Assembly (NCBI GenBank): GCA_013265495.1
Contig: MU057719.1
Span: forward strand, 806,001 to 870,000
Direction of reading: 5' to 3'
From: Vicugna vicugna
Lineage: Eukaryota
Length of the DNA stretch: 64,000 nucleotides
In this document: piece by piece, positions 53,995 through 64,000 of the stretch
Layout of the letters: each line of letters begins with the position of its first letter
Position numbering within the stretch: position 1 is the first letter of the stretch
Position numbers and translations under genes: made by a program
The notes under the pieces: model-generated
Told to the model about the DNA's origin: nothing
Database searches by the model: none
Seen by the model: only the letters and a program-made list of their open reading frames with translations

Positions 53995-54800
53995 GTGAGT
54001 GGCTGCCCCGGGAGCCCAGCCCTGCACACGGAATCCGCTTCCCTGCCGCCCACCATCCGCTCAGCCGAGCCCCATTGACTGCCCGCCCCCGCCCCTCTTC
54101 TCTGAGAACCCCTTTCCTTACCTGGGGTTCAGAGCGGTGCTTAATCTCTGAACGACTACCTCCAGTACTTACGTGCCTTGATTCTCATCTATCATAACCT
54201 TCTAAAACTGTGCATTTAGTAAAGGTTTATTTTGACAGATTGAGCAGAGGCATAGAGGGGAAAAAAGGGAAGTCCCCTGCCCGTCTCCCCTCCCCCTGGG
54301 GAGCCACTGCTCGCTGTTCAGGGTCTGTCCCCCGGGCTGTTCTCGGGGCTCACGCACACAGGCACGCACACAATTCTCAGCTCGGGTTTTCTGAAGATAG
54401 GATGAGTCACAGGCACGTTGCTCGGCAGCTTCTTTCACTCACTGGATTCGTGCTGTCAGGACACACGGTCCCCACCACACAGGGGCCCTGCTCCTGGCGC
54501 AGGCTCCGTGAAGGACCCAGGTCCTTCTCGCAGCTTGGCCATGGTCCGTGTGTTTTTGTCCCACTGGTCCCCTGGGATCGATTCGCTCTGGTCACCCACG
54601 TGCTGATCTGTGTGTTAGGGCAGCGGCCTGCTTGTCCCCTAAATCCGGCTCCATCTCGACCTCCAAGGGACCAGGCTGGGCCATGGGTTCTCCCTGGCTG
54701 AGGGGACACCACCCCTGGCCCCTAAGGGGGGCCTCCCCGGGAAGCAGCGGCCAGGAGGGCGCGGGAGGCCCCTCACTTCACCCCGTTGTCTCCCCGGCAG

Positions 54801-54949
54801 CGCTGGCCGACTTCGACGAGCCCAAACGGTCAACCTTCGTGATGCTGGGAGTCCTGACCATCGCCGTGCGGACCTACCACGACCGCTGGGGCTACGGGGT
54901 GTACTCGGGCCCCATCGGCGCGGCTGTCCTCATCATCGCGGCCAAGTGG
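54801..54949 (+). CDS. MYMK: MYMK exon 3 (ALADFDEPKRSTFVMLGVLTIAVRTYHDRWGYGVYSGPIGAAVLIIAAKW)
   Basis: cccggcag|CG CTG ... TGG|gtgcgt; 149 nt. Confidence 0.97.
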
Positions 54950-55104
54950 GTGCGTGCCGTGTGAGCCTCCCGGTCGGCGCGCCCCCTCGACGGCGCCTCT
55001 TTCCCCTGGGGTCTCTGTCTGCCTCCTCCCCACGTTGGCAGGCTGGACGTGGGGGCTCGGCTCACACACAGAAAGTGATCGCTGGCTGCCCCGGCCACGC
55101 AGAG

Positions 55105-55320
55105 CTGGTTCGTGTTATGTCTGTGCTCACTCGCTCTGGGCCTGACCCAAGTTACTTAACCCCTCTGCCTCAGTTTCCATATCTGTAGAGTGGGTGTTAC
55201 TGTCCAGTACCTACCTCATAGGGTTGGTTCAAAGATTAATTGAAATGACGCATCTTAAGGACGGGCACAGAACCTGGCTCCTAATGTGCTCGACAAAAAG
55301 GAGCTGTTCTTTATTATTCC
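55105..55320 (+). mobile_element. MIR SINE (near full length)
   Basis: caagttacttaacccctctgcctcagtttccatatctgtagagtggg...agtacctacctcatagggttggttcaaagattaattga. Confidence 0.9.
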
Positions 55321-55854
55321 TGTCATCAAACAGAATGATTGGTTTAGAGATGCAGCATCAGTTGGAAGTGGCCTGGGTTAACCCAGGAAGACGTCCTGGA
55401 AGGGATGAGCCTTGAAATTGGTTCAAATGTGGAGGGAGGATGTAGTGTGAGGTCAACAGGAGCGTGGAGGCAGCTCCTGAGCTGGACTTTCAACACTGCA
55501 CTGGGCGCCCAGGGGCCTGGTCCCCACCAGCCCGTCACACCTGGTCCCCAGGCCCTCCTGGCGGGAAGGACCAAAACCCACTCAGACTAGCCCAAGTGAA
55601 AGACAGATGCTACTGCAGGGGGGGCCCGGGGCGTTTCCTGGGCCCCCAGAGCAGGGAGGGAACTGAGCCTTGTGGGGACCATGGACCTGGAAAGCAAGAG
55701 GGCAGTTCTCAGGGAGCAGAGGTGTCCACCAACCCACCGCACAGCCTTGGGAGGGAAAACAAAGGCCAGGTGGTGGTGCTTGCCAGGCACACCCCACTCC
55801 TCCATATACGCAGGGAACAGGGGGGTTCTTTTGCCGTTTGGTTAGTAAAGGCAG

Positions 55855-55962
55855 CGAGACTCAGGGCAGAGAGCATAACAGGCATGAGGTCTTGGGTTCA
55901 ACCCCCAGTAACTCCATTTAAAAAAAGCATAAATAAATAAATAAACATGATTACCCCCACCC
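55855..55962 (+). mobile_element. tRNA-derived SINE resembling the camelid Vic-1 type
   Basis: A-box-like ctcagggcagag, B box ggttcaaccc, then cccagtaactccatttaaaaaaa...aaataaataaataaacatgattaccccc, matching the recalled camelid SINE tail (cccagtacctccatt...aaataaataaacctaattacctcccc). Confidence 0.7.
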
Positions 55963-57531
55963 AAGAGCAGCAAGGCCCAGGGAGCTCAGCGAAGTCACGA
56001 GGTCACGGCAGGACAAGCGCAAGGACAAGCTCCGACTCGGCTCCGCAGCAGAAGGGAAGGGGCCTCTCTGTCCCTGCATCCTGGGGACTCGCGGCCGGCC
56101 CTGGGCTGACCCCGAGGCCACGGAGCCCCTGTGAGGGGAGAGGAAGTGTGCTGGGCTCTGACTTGTCGGGCGGGAAGGGCCACGTTCATTAACATTCCGG
56201 AACGCGTAAACACGGAGAGCTCTCCGGGCTGGTAATTCGCTGGCTCCCTGGCGGGAAGCGGGACCAAGGCTGCTTGCTCTGCCCTGGGGGGCGGCTCCTC
56301 CTTGGCCGGGGTCTGAATCCCGGCTGGCTCCCAGTTAGCCAGGATAGCAGGCGCTCACCGGAGTCCCCACAAAGCACCGCAGGAGCCGAGAGGGCTGCCA
56401 GGCTCCCTCCATCTGGGGCTCAAATGGCGTTTTCTAGACCATTTAGCGTGGAGTTTATTTGGGGTTTTCAAGGGCACTTGTTTCCTGGAAGGAGGGCAGA
56501 CTTTTCTCCTGGAGGCTCGTCCTTCTCGAGCCCCGGCGGGGAGCAGCCGCTCTCAGGGAGAGGAAGCGCAGAGAGGGCCGGGTGGAGGGGGCCGCGGGCC
56601 GGGCCGGGCCAGCGCGCCGCCTGGGGCAGGTGCTCTTCGTCCCAAGGCGAAGGCGCGGGATTGGCTGCAGGAGGGCTTCCGGGCCTCAGCCGCCTGCACC
56701 CGGGGAGCCACACTCTCTGGCTGGGCCCACACCCCGCCTGTGCCACTGCAGGTGCCGATTCAGAATTCACTCGCTGGCAAGGCGGCCCTGGCCCAGCACA
56801 AAGCTCCTCGGGGTCTCTGTGTGGTCCGCTGGGTGGGCAGGTGGGCGGTGCCGTCGGTGGGAGCAGCCCTGCCCGCCGGCGGCGTCCACCATCCACAGAG
56901 TGTGTGGCCGTTCACCTTTTGCTGAAACCCAAAGCATTCTGCTTTCTGAAACACGTTGGCCCCAAAGGTCCGGGTTTGGGGGATATGGACCCACATTTAC
57001 TTCGTCTTTTTAGAGTATGTGAACCGGTGTTTTTAAATACCTCCTTGAGCCTTGCTCTAAGCTTAGCCCCTGGGGAATGGCAGGTTCCATGTGCGGGTGC
57101 GGTGTGTCTAGTGAGTGCGATGCTGGGTCCATCCACTCAGACAGGGACCACCCCGCGGCCCCCGTGGCCACGCCGGGGCCGGTCCCACACCTCCAGCACC
57201 CCGGTGCTGTAGATAACCACGGGTCTGGGCCCCTCGGGGCCCTCTGGCTGGACACGGGCAAGGATGGCCTTGTTTCACCCCAAGAGGCAGATGGGGCAGG
57301 AGGTCGTTGTGGGGCCAGATGGCCCAAGGGCTTCCCGGCCCGCCCAGCCAGGCGCCGGCTTCCTCGGGCCCTGCGGCCATAGGGCCGGACACGGCAGGCG
57401 GTCTCCCTGAGCCCCACCTCCCACCTGAGGCCGCCCGGACGTGGGTGCCCAGGACCAACGCCCGAGCCGGCCCAGGGTGGCCGTTCCCGAGGCTGTGGCC
57501 TGAGAGCGCCCCTCTGGCCCCCTCCCCGCAG

Positions 57532-57648
57532 CTGCAGCAGATGAAGGAGAAGAGGCGCCTGTACCCCGACAAGAGCGTGTACGCCCAGCAGGTCGGCCCG
57601 GGCCTCTGCTTCGGGGCGCTGGCCCTGCTGCTACGCTTCTTCTTCCAG
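57532..57648 (+). CDS. MYMK: MYMK exon 4 (LQQMKEKRRLYPDKSVYAQQVGPGLCFGALALLLRFFFQ)
   Basis: ccccgcag|CTG ... CAG|gtaccc; 117 nt. Confidence 0.97.
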
Positions 57649-58358
57649 GTACCCTGGCGGGGGGCGGGGGGAGCAGCCCGTCCATCCACAGGGCCCGTCA
57701 GCACAGCTTGCTGGGCCGGGGGCTGACCGGGCCGGGGGCTGACCGGGCCGGGCCGCGCCCTCCCACTAACACCTCCCCTCCCCGGCCATGCCCCTCCAGT
57801 CAGGGTGTGGTCCGTCCCCAGGGCCCCCCACCGCCCAGCATCGCTGCCTGTGCGGGGCTAGGGGACGCAGAGCTTGCCTGTGAGATGAGGGGCACAGCCC
57901 AGAAGGGGGCTGCGGCTGGAGCCACACTTGGAGGTGGGGGGAGAGGGAGGAGAAATGTTAGTGGGGGAAGAATGGGGGAGAGAGGGAAGGAGAAAAGGAG
58001 AGAGGAATGGAGGAAGGGAGGGGGTGGGGGGAGAGGAGAGGGATGGGGAGGGAGGAGCCCCAGCCGTGCCGTCAAAGGCCCGGGGACTTGGCGCTGACTT
58101 TCGGTGCTCTAGGGGTTTGGTGGGGGGCAGACCCCCATGGGCTGGATGGTGAAGGAAGGCTTCTTGGAGCAGGGCACTTGGCAGGCTCTCGAGGACAAGT
58201 GAGGGGGTCGGGAGGAGCCTGTGGTGCGTGGCAGGTGCCCCGTCACGCCAGGTCTGCGCTGGAGACGGGGCTGAAGGGCTGAGGGCGGGGCGGGGCAGTC
58301 GGAGAGATGGGCTTTGGGGAGGGCGGGGGCGGCAGACCGGTCCTCTCTGCTCCCGCAG

Positions 58359-58508
58359 GACTGGGAGTACACTTACGTCCACAGCTTCTACCACTGCGCC
58401 CTGGCCATGTCCTTCGTCCTGCTGCTGCCCAAGGTCAACAAGAAGGCTGGGAGCGCAGGGGCCCCCGCCAGGCTGGACTGCTCCACCCTCTGCAGTGCTT
58501 GCATCTGA
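58359..58508 (+). CDS. MYMK: MYMK exon 5 (DWEYTYVHSFYHCALAMSFVLLLPKVNKKAGSAGAPARLDCSTLCSACI*)
   Basis: tcccgcag|GAC; His180, His184 and Cys185 present; TGA at 58506-58508. The 5 exons total 666 nt = 221 aa. Confidence 0.97.
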   Translation, partial: DWEYTYVHSFYHCALAMSFVLLLPKVNKKAGSAGAPARLDCSTLCSACI

Positions 58509-58749
58509 CTGTGCGCCACCCCCAGCTCCAGGCCCCAGCCCTGCCCCGGCCCAGGCCCAGCGAGAGTTCTCCATCCTTCCTGACCTCGGGAAGCACCTCT
58601 TCTCAGAGCCTGAGAGGTGCCAGGGACTTGGGAAGCACCTTGCTGAGTGCTTCTTGAAAACACACTTATTAGGTTTCTCCTGGGTGCTAGGTGCCCTCTG
58701 GAAAGAAAAGAACTTTCTCTGGTGGGCCAAGGTCAGGACCGACGAGGGC

Positions 58750-58779
58750 GCCTGCAGCCGCCTGCAGCCGCCTGCAGCC
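58750..58779. repeat. Tandem 10-mer (gcctgcagcc) x3 downstream of the MYMK stop
   Basis: Three perfect copies. Confidence 0.9.
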
Positions 58780-61214
58780 AGCATCTGTCCTCCCCAGCTC
58801 CCCTTCCCCGCGGCTGTAGCCCAGCTGTGGCTCCGCCTGCCCCATGGTCCCCATGCTCCCACACCATCTCTTTCCTCTTGGAAACTGGTATCGCCTCTCC
58901 TGACCTCTGCCCTCAGGCTCTGAGCGGGCCAGGGCCAGCAGGGCTGCTCTGTCCCCGGCCCAGGCCTGCCTGCCCCTTGGCTGTCCATCCAGCCAGGTCC
59001 CTGAATCAAACCATTTCCATTCACTGCGTGCCCAAACTCTCACATTCGTCATTTCATCTAATTCTTCAAACAAGTCAGGGTAAATGACGCGTTCAAGGCC
59101 CAGAGCTGGGGAGTGTGGAGCTGGGCCCAGCTGCTGTCCCCCGGTCCCCACACCAGGCCAGCCACCGTGCTCTGCAGCTGACCCGTGCCCACGGTTGGAG
59201 TGCACTCAGGGCCTTTGAGGGCCCACCCTGCCCGCAGCTGCCCAGCGTGGGAAGGTGGGCCTGGGTGCAGGGACCCGGAGTAGTGGCCGCCAGGCCCCCG
59301 GGCCGGCCTCACGGGGCTGGGCTCGCGGCTGTGTGGCGGCAGTCCGCCTGCTCCCACTCAGAGCCTGTCTGCACTGGCCCTGGGGGTGAGGGGGCGGGGG
59401 CGGGCCTCCCAGACATCACCTCACAGACCTGAGCCTCCCCAGCCTCCTGAATGACCCGGGCACATCTGTCAGGCAGGAAGTTACCTACACCTGTCTGCGG
59501 CCTGTTTGTGTTTCCAGACGGTGCAGTTACCCCCAGCTGCACCCACCCAGTCGGGCGGCGCGTTATTTGTCCTAAAGTCACCTCATCCATGCCTCGAGGG
59601 CCGGGAGAGAGGTGGTGCAAGCACCCAGGCTGGGGACAAGGCGGACCCCTTGGCCAGGCCCCCATCTATCAGCTTCCCTGGCTGCCCAGTGGTCCCACGT
59701 CTTGGGGGCCTGGACACTCGCCATCTTGCCCTGGCTCAGCCCTTTTCTGTCCCCATAGCCGGTTAAAACAGAGCGGCCACGAGGTCCTTGACACCTGCAC
59801 TGAGGGTCATCGCCAGGCCCTCGGAGGGGGGCAGAAGCCGAGGCCCCACGTCTTCAGGGCCCTCCACCCAGAGGTGTCCCCACGGGCGAGCAGATGGCAC
59901 GGGACACGGAGGGGCCCCTCCACCAGCCGGATCTGGGCCCCGGAGGAGGGGGGGCAGGTCTAAGTTGAGGGATGCAAGCACACACACGTACACACACGGG
60001 CGCAGGGACACATGAAGAGACAGACGTCCTGGAACCAGGGTCTCCCCTCTGGTCCTGCCTTCTGTCTCCCCAGAGGAGCACCAGGCAGTAAGGCAAGGGG
60101 CAGGCTCCGGGGGCCACGCAGGGGTAGAACATGACATCTGCAAGGTGGCTGGCCTCCACCGGTCGCCTCCCTCCCCCAACCCTCCGCCTCCACCCTAGCA
60201 CCTCCCTCCCAACCCCCTCCCTCCCCCGCGAGCACACCCCAGCTCCCAGCTCTGCAGCAGCACATGGAAAATTGGAGGCTGCGGGGTGCTCCCAAGCAGG
60301 GAGGAGGCAAGGGGCCTGCCAAGCGCGGAGGGGCTGCGCTAACAGGCTGCTCACTGTGGCCGCGCTGATTTATGAGGCTGTCTGGGAGCCCAGCCAAGTC
60401 TGTAAGTCATGGACAATTAGGAGGCGCGCTCCAGCCCTCAGCCCCGTCTGCCTCTCGGGCTCCAGGCCCGACTGCACCCCTTCTGACCAGGGTCGGCCCC
60501 CACGGAGACCCCTCAGAGGATCCCGGGTGTGGGGCCTGAGTCCACTTTGCAGATGAGGACACTGAGGGCCAGCGGTATTGGCAGCTGGCCCTCATCCCTT
60601 GGACACTGGCCACTGAGTTTGTGGCTGAGCCCGGGGTCTTGCCAGTCATCCCAGAGGCATCTTCCTCTGGCTCAGAGGCCCACTCTGACATCCTGGGGGT
60701 TCCTCCCAAGGGCCAGGAGGGGACTGCCCAGAAAGGGGAACAGAAGGGGAGGAAGCCACCCAGAACCGCCTGACAAGCACCACTGGCATCGCCTTCAGAG
60801 TCGAACACCTCTGAGCCCCAGTGTCACGGAGCCCTGGGGTCTTCACGTCCCTGGAATCTGAGAATCAGGCACCTGGTGCCGGGAAGAGACTCTGAGGCCA
60901 TCGCGGGCCACTTCAGGCTCCAGACTGGACTCCCCGTCCCCCACAGCCCTAATGGGGGACTACGGGTCCCTGAGTCTTGAAATTTCCTTGAGTGAGCATC
61001 CGAAAACATAGTCCTAGATGGTACCAGAAGTCCTAGAACAGCACTGCACCCAGCGCTTGCGTCAATGGGAGAGATGCTCCCCACCCCGACGGCGGCCAGC
61101 CACTTGCCCACAGGCCCCCCGAGCATTTGAAATGGGGCTGGTGCAATGGAGGAGGAGCTGAGTCATTAAACGTCAGTTCAGTTTCATTAATTTAAATATA
61201 AATAGCCACACGTG

Positions 61215-61399
61215 TAGGGTTGCGATAAAATACAGGATGCGAGGTTACATTTGAATTCCGGATAAACAACAGACAGTTATTTTTCCCAGTTTTAAAATTT
61301 TTCCCATATTTGCAGGAGACATACTAAAAACTGACTCCCTATTCCTCTGAAATTTAAACGTAACCCAGCGTCCTGTATTTCATGGGGCATCTAGCCCCT
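61215..61399. mobile_element. MER53-like palindromic hAT MITE
   Basis: tagggttgc-gataaaatacaggatgc..gttacatttgaattccggataaacaac...gagacatactaaaaa...ctgaaatttaaacgtaacccagcgtcctgtattt matches the recalled MER53 consensus. The two ~40-nt arms are reverse-complementary at roughly 70%. Confidence 0.75.
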
Positions 61400-62614
61400 G
61401 AGGCTGGCAGCTACCCGGGTCGGCGGGGGGTGGGGGAGAGGGGTGGGCAGTGCATCTATAGGAACCAAAAGGCTGGGGAGCGCCCCCGACACGTGGGTTT
61501 GGAAATCCGGGGTTAAGCTGAGTGGCACAGGCAGAGGGCTGCACCGCCCCGTTCTGGCTGCGGCTCTGGTGGGGTGGGGGTGGATGGGCACGCGCGCGAC
61601 CCCACAGCAGCCTCCCAGAGCCTACAGAGCAAGGAGCAGAAGCAGCAGATGTGCCCCGGGCCCAGGCGCACGCCCCCTCCCTGCGCGTGCGCACCCAGAG
61701 CCCAGCCGGGGAGGGGGCGTGGGGGGCAGGGCGCCGCACACCTCCGGCGGCCCGAAAGGAGAATTATTATAAACATTTACAACAACGTAGACAAAACAGT
61801 CTATTGTAGCGGCCCCTCCGCCTCCCCGGAGCTGGGGCGAGGTTGGCATGGCGCGGGGAAGGCTTGGGCCCCCGCCAGGACGCCCTCTGTTTGCACAAGC
61901 GGAGGTGTTTTCGTCTGAGGGCCGTCTGCGTGCTGTGGCCTTTGTCGTGTCTGCTACTGAAATTTCCTGTCTCTGTTATTCTCTTCCCCAGCAAGACCAT
62001 CTGAAACCCAAAACTTTTATTGCCCCTTTAAAAAAGGCTTTACAGCTCCCCATCTGCTCCATCCCTGTCCCGCTCCGGAGCTGCGATTCTAGCTGGGGAA
62101 GCGCTGGGTGCCCAGCGCTGCTGCAGGAATTCACCCGGGGCTCAGCCGCAGGGTCTTGGCGGGAGGAGCTGAGGGAGGAGGGCCAGGTATGTGGGCAAGA
62201 CTGATTCTGCAGAGTCGGCAGTAAGCCCCAGGGTGTAAAACCCGGCTCGCTGGTTAACTGGAGTAACAGGGTTAGCAGCGAGCGACACAGGGCATGTGGC
62301 ACCTAGGGCCTTGGCTGCTGTCCTGGCCACCCCCTCGCGGTTCCGTGTCCTGGGGGCCTGGCTGTTCCAGCCTCTGCCCCTGGTGTCCCCACCTGTGACT
62401 GGGAGTGGCAGCCTCTCCCGCCAGCCCCTCGGGCTTGTTAGGGTGAACTAAATCAGAGGCTGGCCGGACTGGCAAGGTCTTGGGAGAGTGAAGAGGGCAG
62501 AGAGGAGGCAGGGGGCCGGGCTGGTGGTGGCGGTCAGGCATAGAGGGGAGGAGGCAGGCCTGCGGGCCGTGCCGCCCGGCGCTCTTTTCCCCTCTGCGGC
62601 CATTGCCTAGTCTT

Positions 62615-62745
62615 CTCTGCTTCGGTTTCTCCATTTGTAATAATGCCCACTTCACGCGGGTTTTGCCAAGATTAAATGAGATAATTGAATGCAAAGTGCT
62701 TAGCAGAGTATGTTTTAAATGGCGCCATTGTTACTTTCATTAGCA
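62615..62745 (+). mobile_element. MIR SINE 3' half
   Basis: cttcggtttctccatttgtaa...aagattaaatgagataattgaatgcaaagtgcttagcagag. Confidence 0.8.
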
Positions 62746-64000
62746 ATGGTCACAGGCAAGCCAGGATGTAGTAGAGGGGTCCTTACCATCAGGGGACATT
62801 CACCCCGCCAAACACCCCCATCTGACAAGAAAACAAAATGCTTCAAACCAAGTGTTTATTATGGATTCAGGAGTTAAGCAAGGCAGGCTGCCTGGAAGAG
62901 GCAGGCTGGAGACTGAAACTAGAAAAGCCAAGTGGACTGAACCACGTAAGTGTGCAGATACCTGGCTCTCGGGCCTCACCTGGGATGGCTTCACAATTCC
63001 AGTTTGACTGTCTCCCGTGCCCTGACCCTCTCTCCCCGACCTCCTGCACCCTTCCTGACAGCAGCGAGAAAATCAGTGCTGACCCCATGGAGAGGCAGGT
63101 GCTGTCCCCGGGGCTGCCCCTGCTTCCGTCGCTGGTGTATGCGCCAGGACAAGATGGAGAGAGTCCAGCCCGGCAGGTTCAAGGTTCAAAGAGGGAGGAA
63201 GCAGCTGGCCGCACTGGGCTCAGATGAAGCACCACCACCTTCCCAAGTGGCCACCGGGAGCCACACAGCTTTCCCTGGCCCCTCGGGTTCACCTGCAACC
63301 AGCAGACCCTCAGTCCGCACAGTCTAGGGAGGGCAGCAGAGACAGGGCTGAGGAATGAGGGATGGGGGTCAGTGGTCCAGAGAGAGGGTGGAAGATCAAA
63401 TAGGGTCCCTGCGGGTACTGCAGGGGCTTAAGGGCTGGGACGGCTGTGCGCAGGGCTAGGTGAGTGGGTGGGCTGCGTCCCGAGGGTCTAAAAGGCTGTC
63501 GCTGTTGTGGAGGGACTTTAGGGAGTCGGGTCCCACTGCCCAGAGAAGGCGGGCAGTTGGGAGAGACCAGAGGCTGCTGTCCAGAAGGAGGCAGCAGGGA
63601 GCCTGGCGAGGGCAGAGGGAGGGAGACGAAGGAGGAGAGGGTGGCCTGAAAGGGGCCAGGCGGTGGCCTCAACAGAGCTGGCAGACCCTGGCCTGCTCCC
63701 CTGGCCTCCTCTCAGGCTCCGGGAAGCGTGTCTGCATTTGGGGAGAGGGCGTCAAGGTAATTGTCCAAAGCTTCTGAACTGGTTTTGTAAAGCAGCAGGA
63801 GTGCAGGCCACCCCCAGTCTCCTTGGCCTCTCGCATTCCTGTGTCCTTTGTCGGGGGTGGGGTGGGGAGGCGGGAGGTGAGGACAGGCTGGCCCAGAGGG
63901 CAGCAGGGACCACGCACGCCAGCTTGATGCCCAGAGAGGTCGGGAGGCGTCTGAGACCCTTTGAAGTCTGGAAGCTCAGCGCCAGCCGGAGCGCCCCACT

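Noticed and set aside
61310-61332. Functional miR-1302 copy within the MER53-like element
   Set aside because: The segment matching the mature miRNA carries an insertion and a deletion, and the seed region is altered.
62016-62021. - strand AATAAA as the 3' end of an unrecognised gene
   Set aside because: An isolated hexamer with no supporting exon or ORF upstream within the window; synteny predicts no - strand gene ending here.

Overview
GC-rich mammalian genomic DNA with the gene order of human 9q34.2 in reverse: FAM163B (+) -> <- ADAMTSL2 (-) <- -> MYMK/Myomaker (+). One tRNA-derived SINE resembles the camelid Vic-1 type, so the source is probably a camelid. I reconstructed three CDSs with GT-AG boundaries and continuous frames. 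FAM163B has two coding exons (164 aa if its 156-nt N gap is correctly sized; the 5' non-coding exon lies outside the window). ADAMTSL2 is complete, with 18 coding exons (2868 nt, 955 aa) plus a TATA-driven non-coding exon 1. MYMK is complete, with 5 exons (666 nt, 221 aa). The largest structure the genes do not explain is a ~5.2-kb, two-LTR fossil class III (ERVL, LTR16/HERV16-like) provirus antisense in ADAMTSL2 intron 9; gag, protease, RT, RNase H, integrase and dUTPase motifs are still readable. Other leads: a MYMK C218S change in the lipidated C-terminal cysteine cluster, an out-of-frame overlapping uORF on FAM163B, myogenic E-box/MCAT/TATA modules between the head-to-head ADAMTSL2 and MYMK promoters, splice-site oddities, and a MER53-like hairpin beside the first plausible MYMK poly(A) signal. 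I found no evidence of a wholly new multi-gene system. Nearly all other long ORFs in the track are GC-rich shadow frames. Comparisons to human/mouse proteins and repeat consensi are from recall, not from searches.
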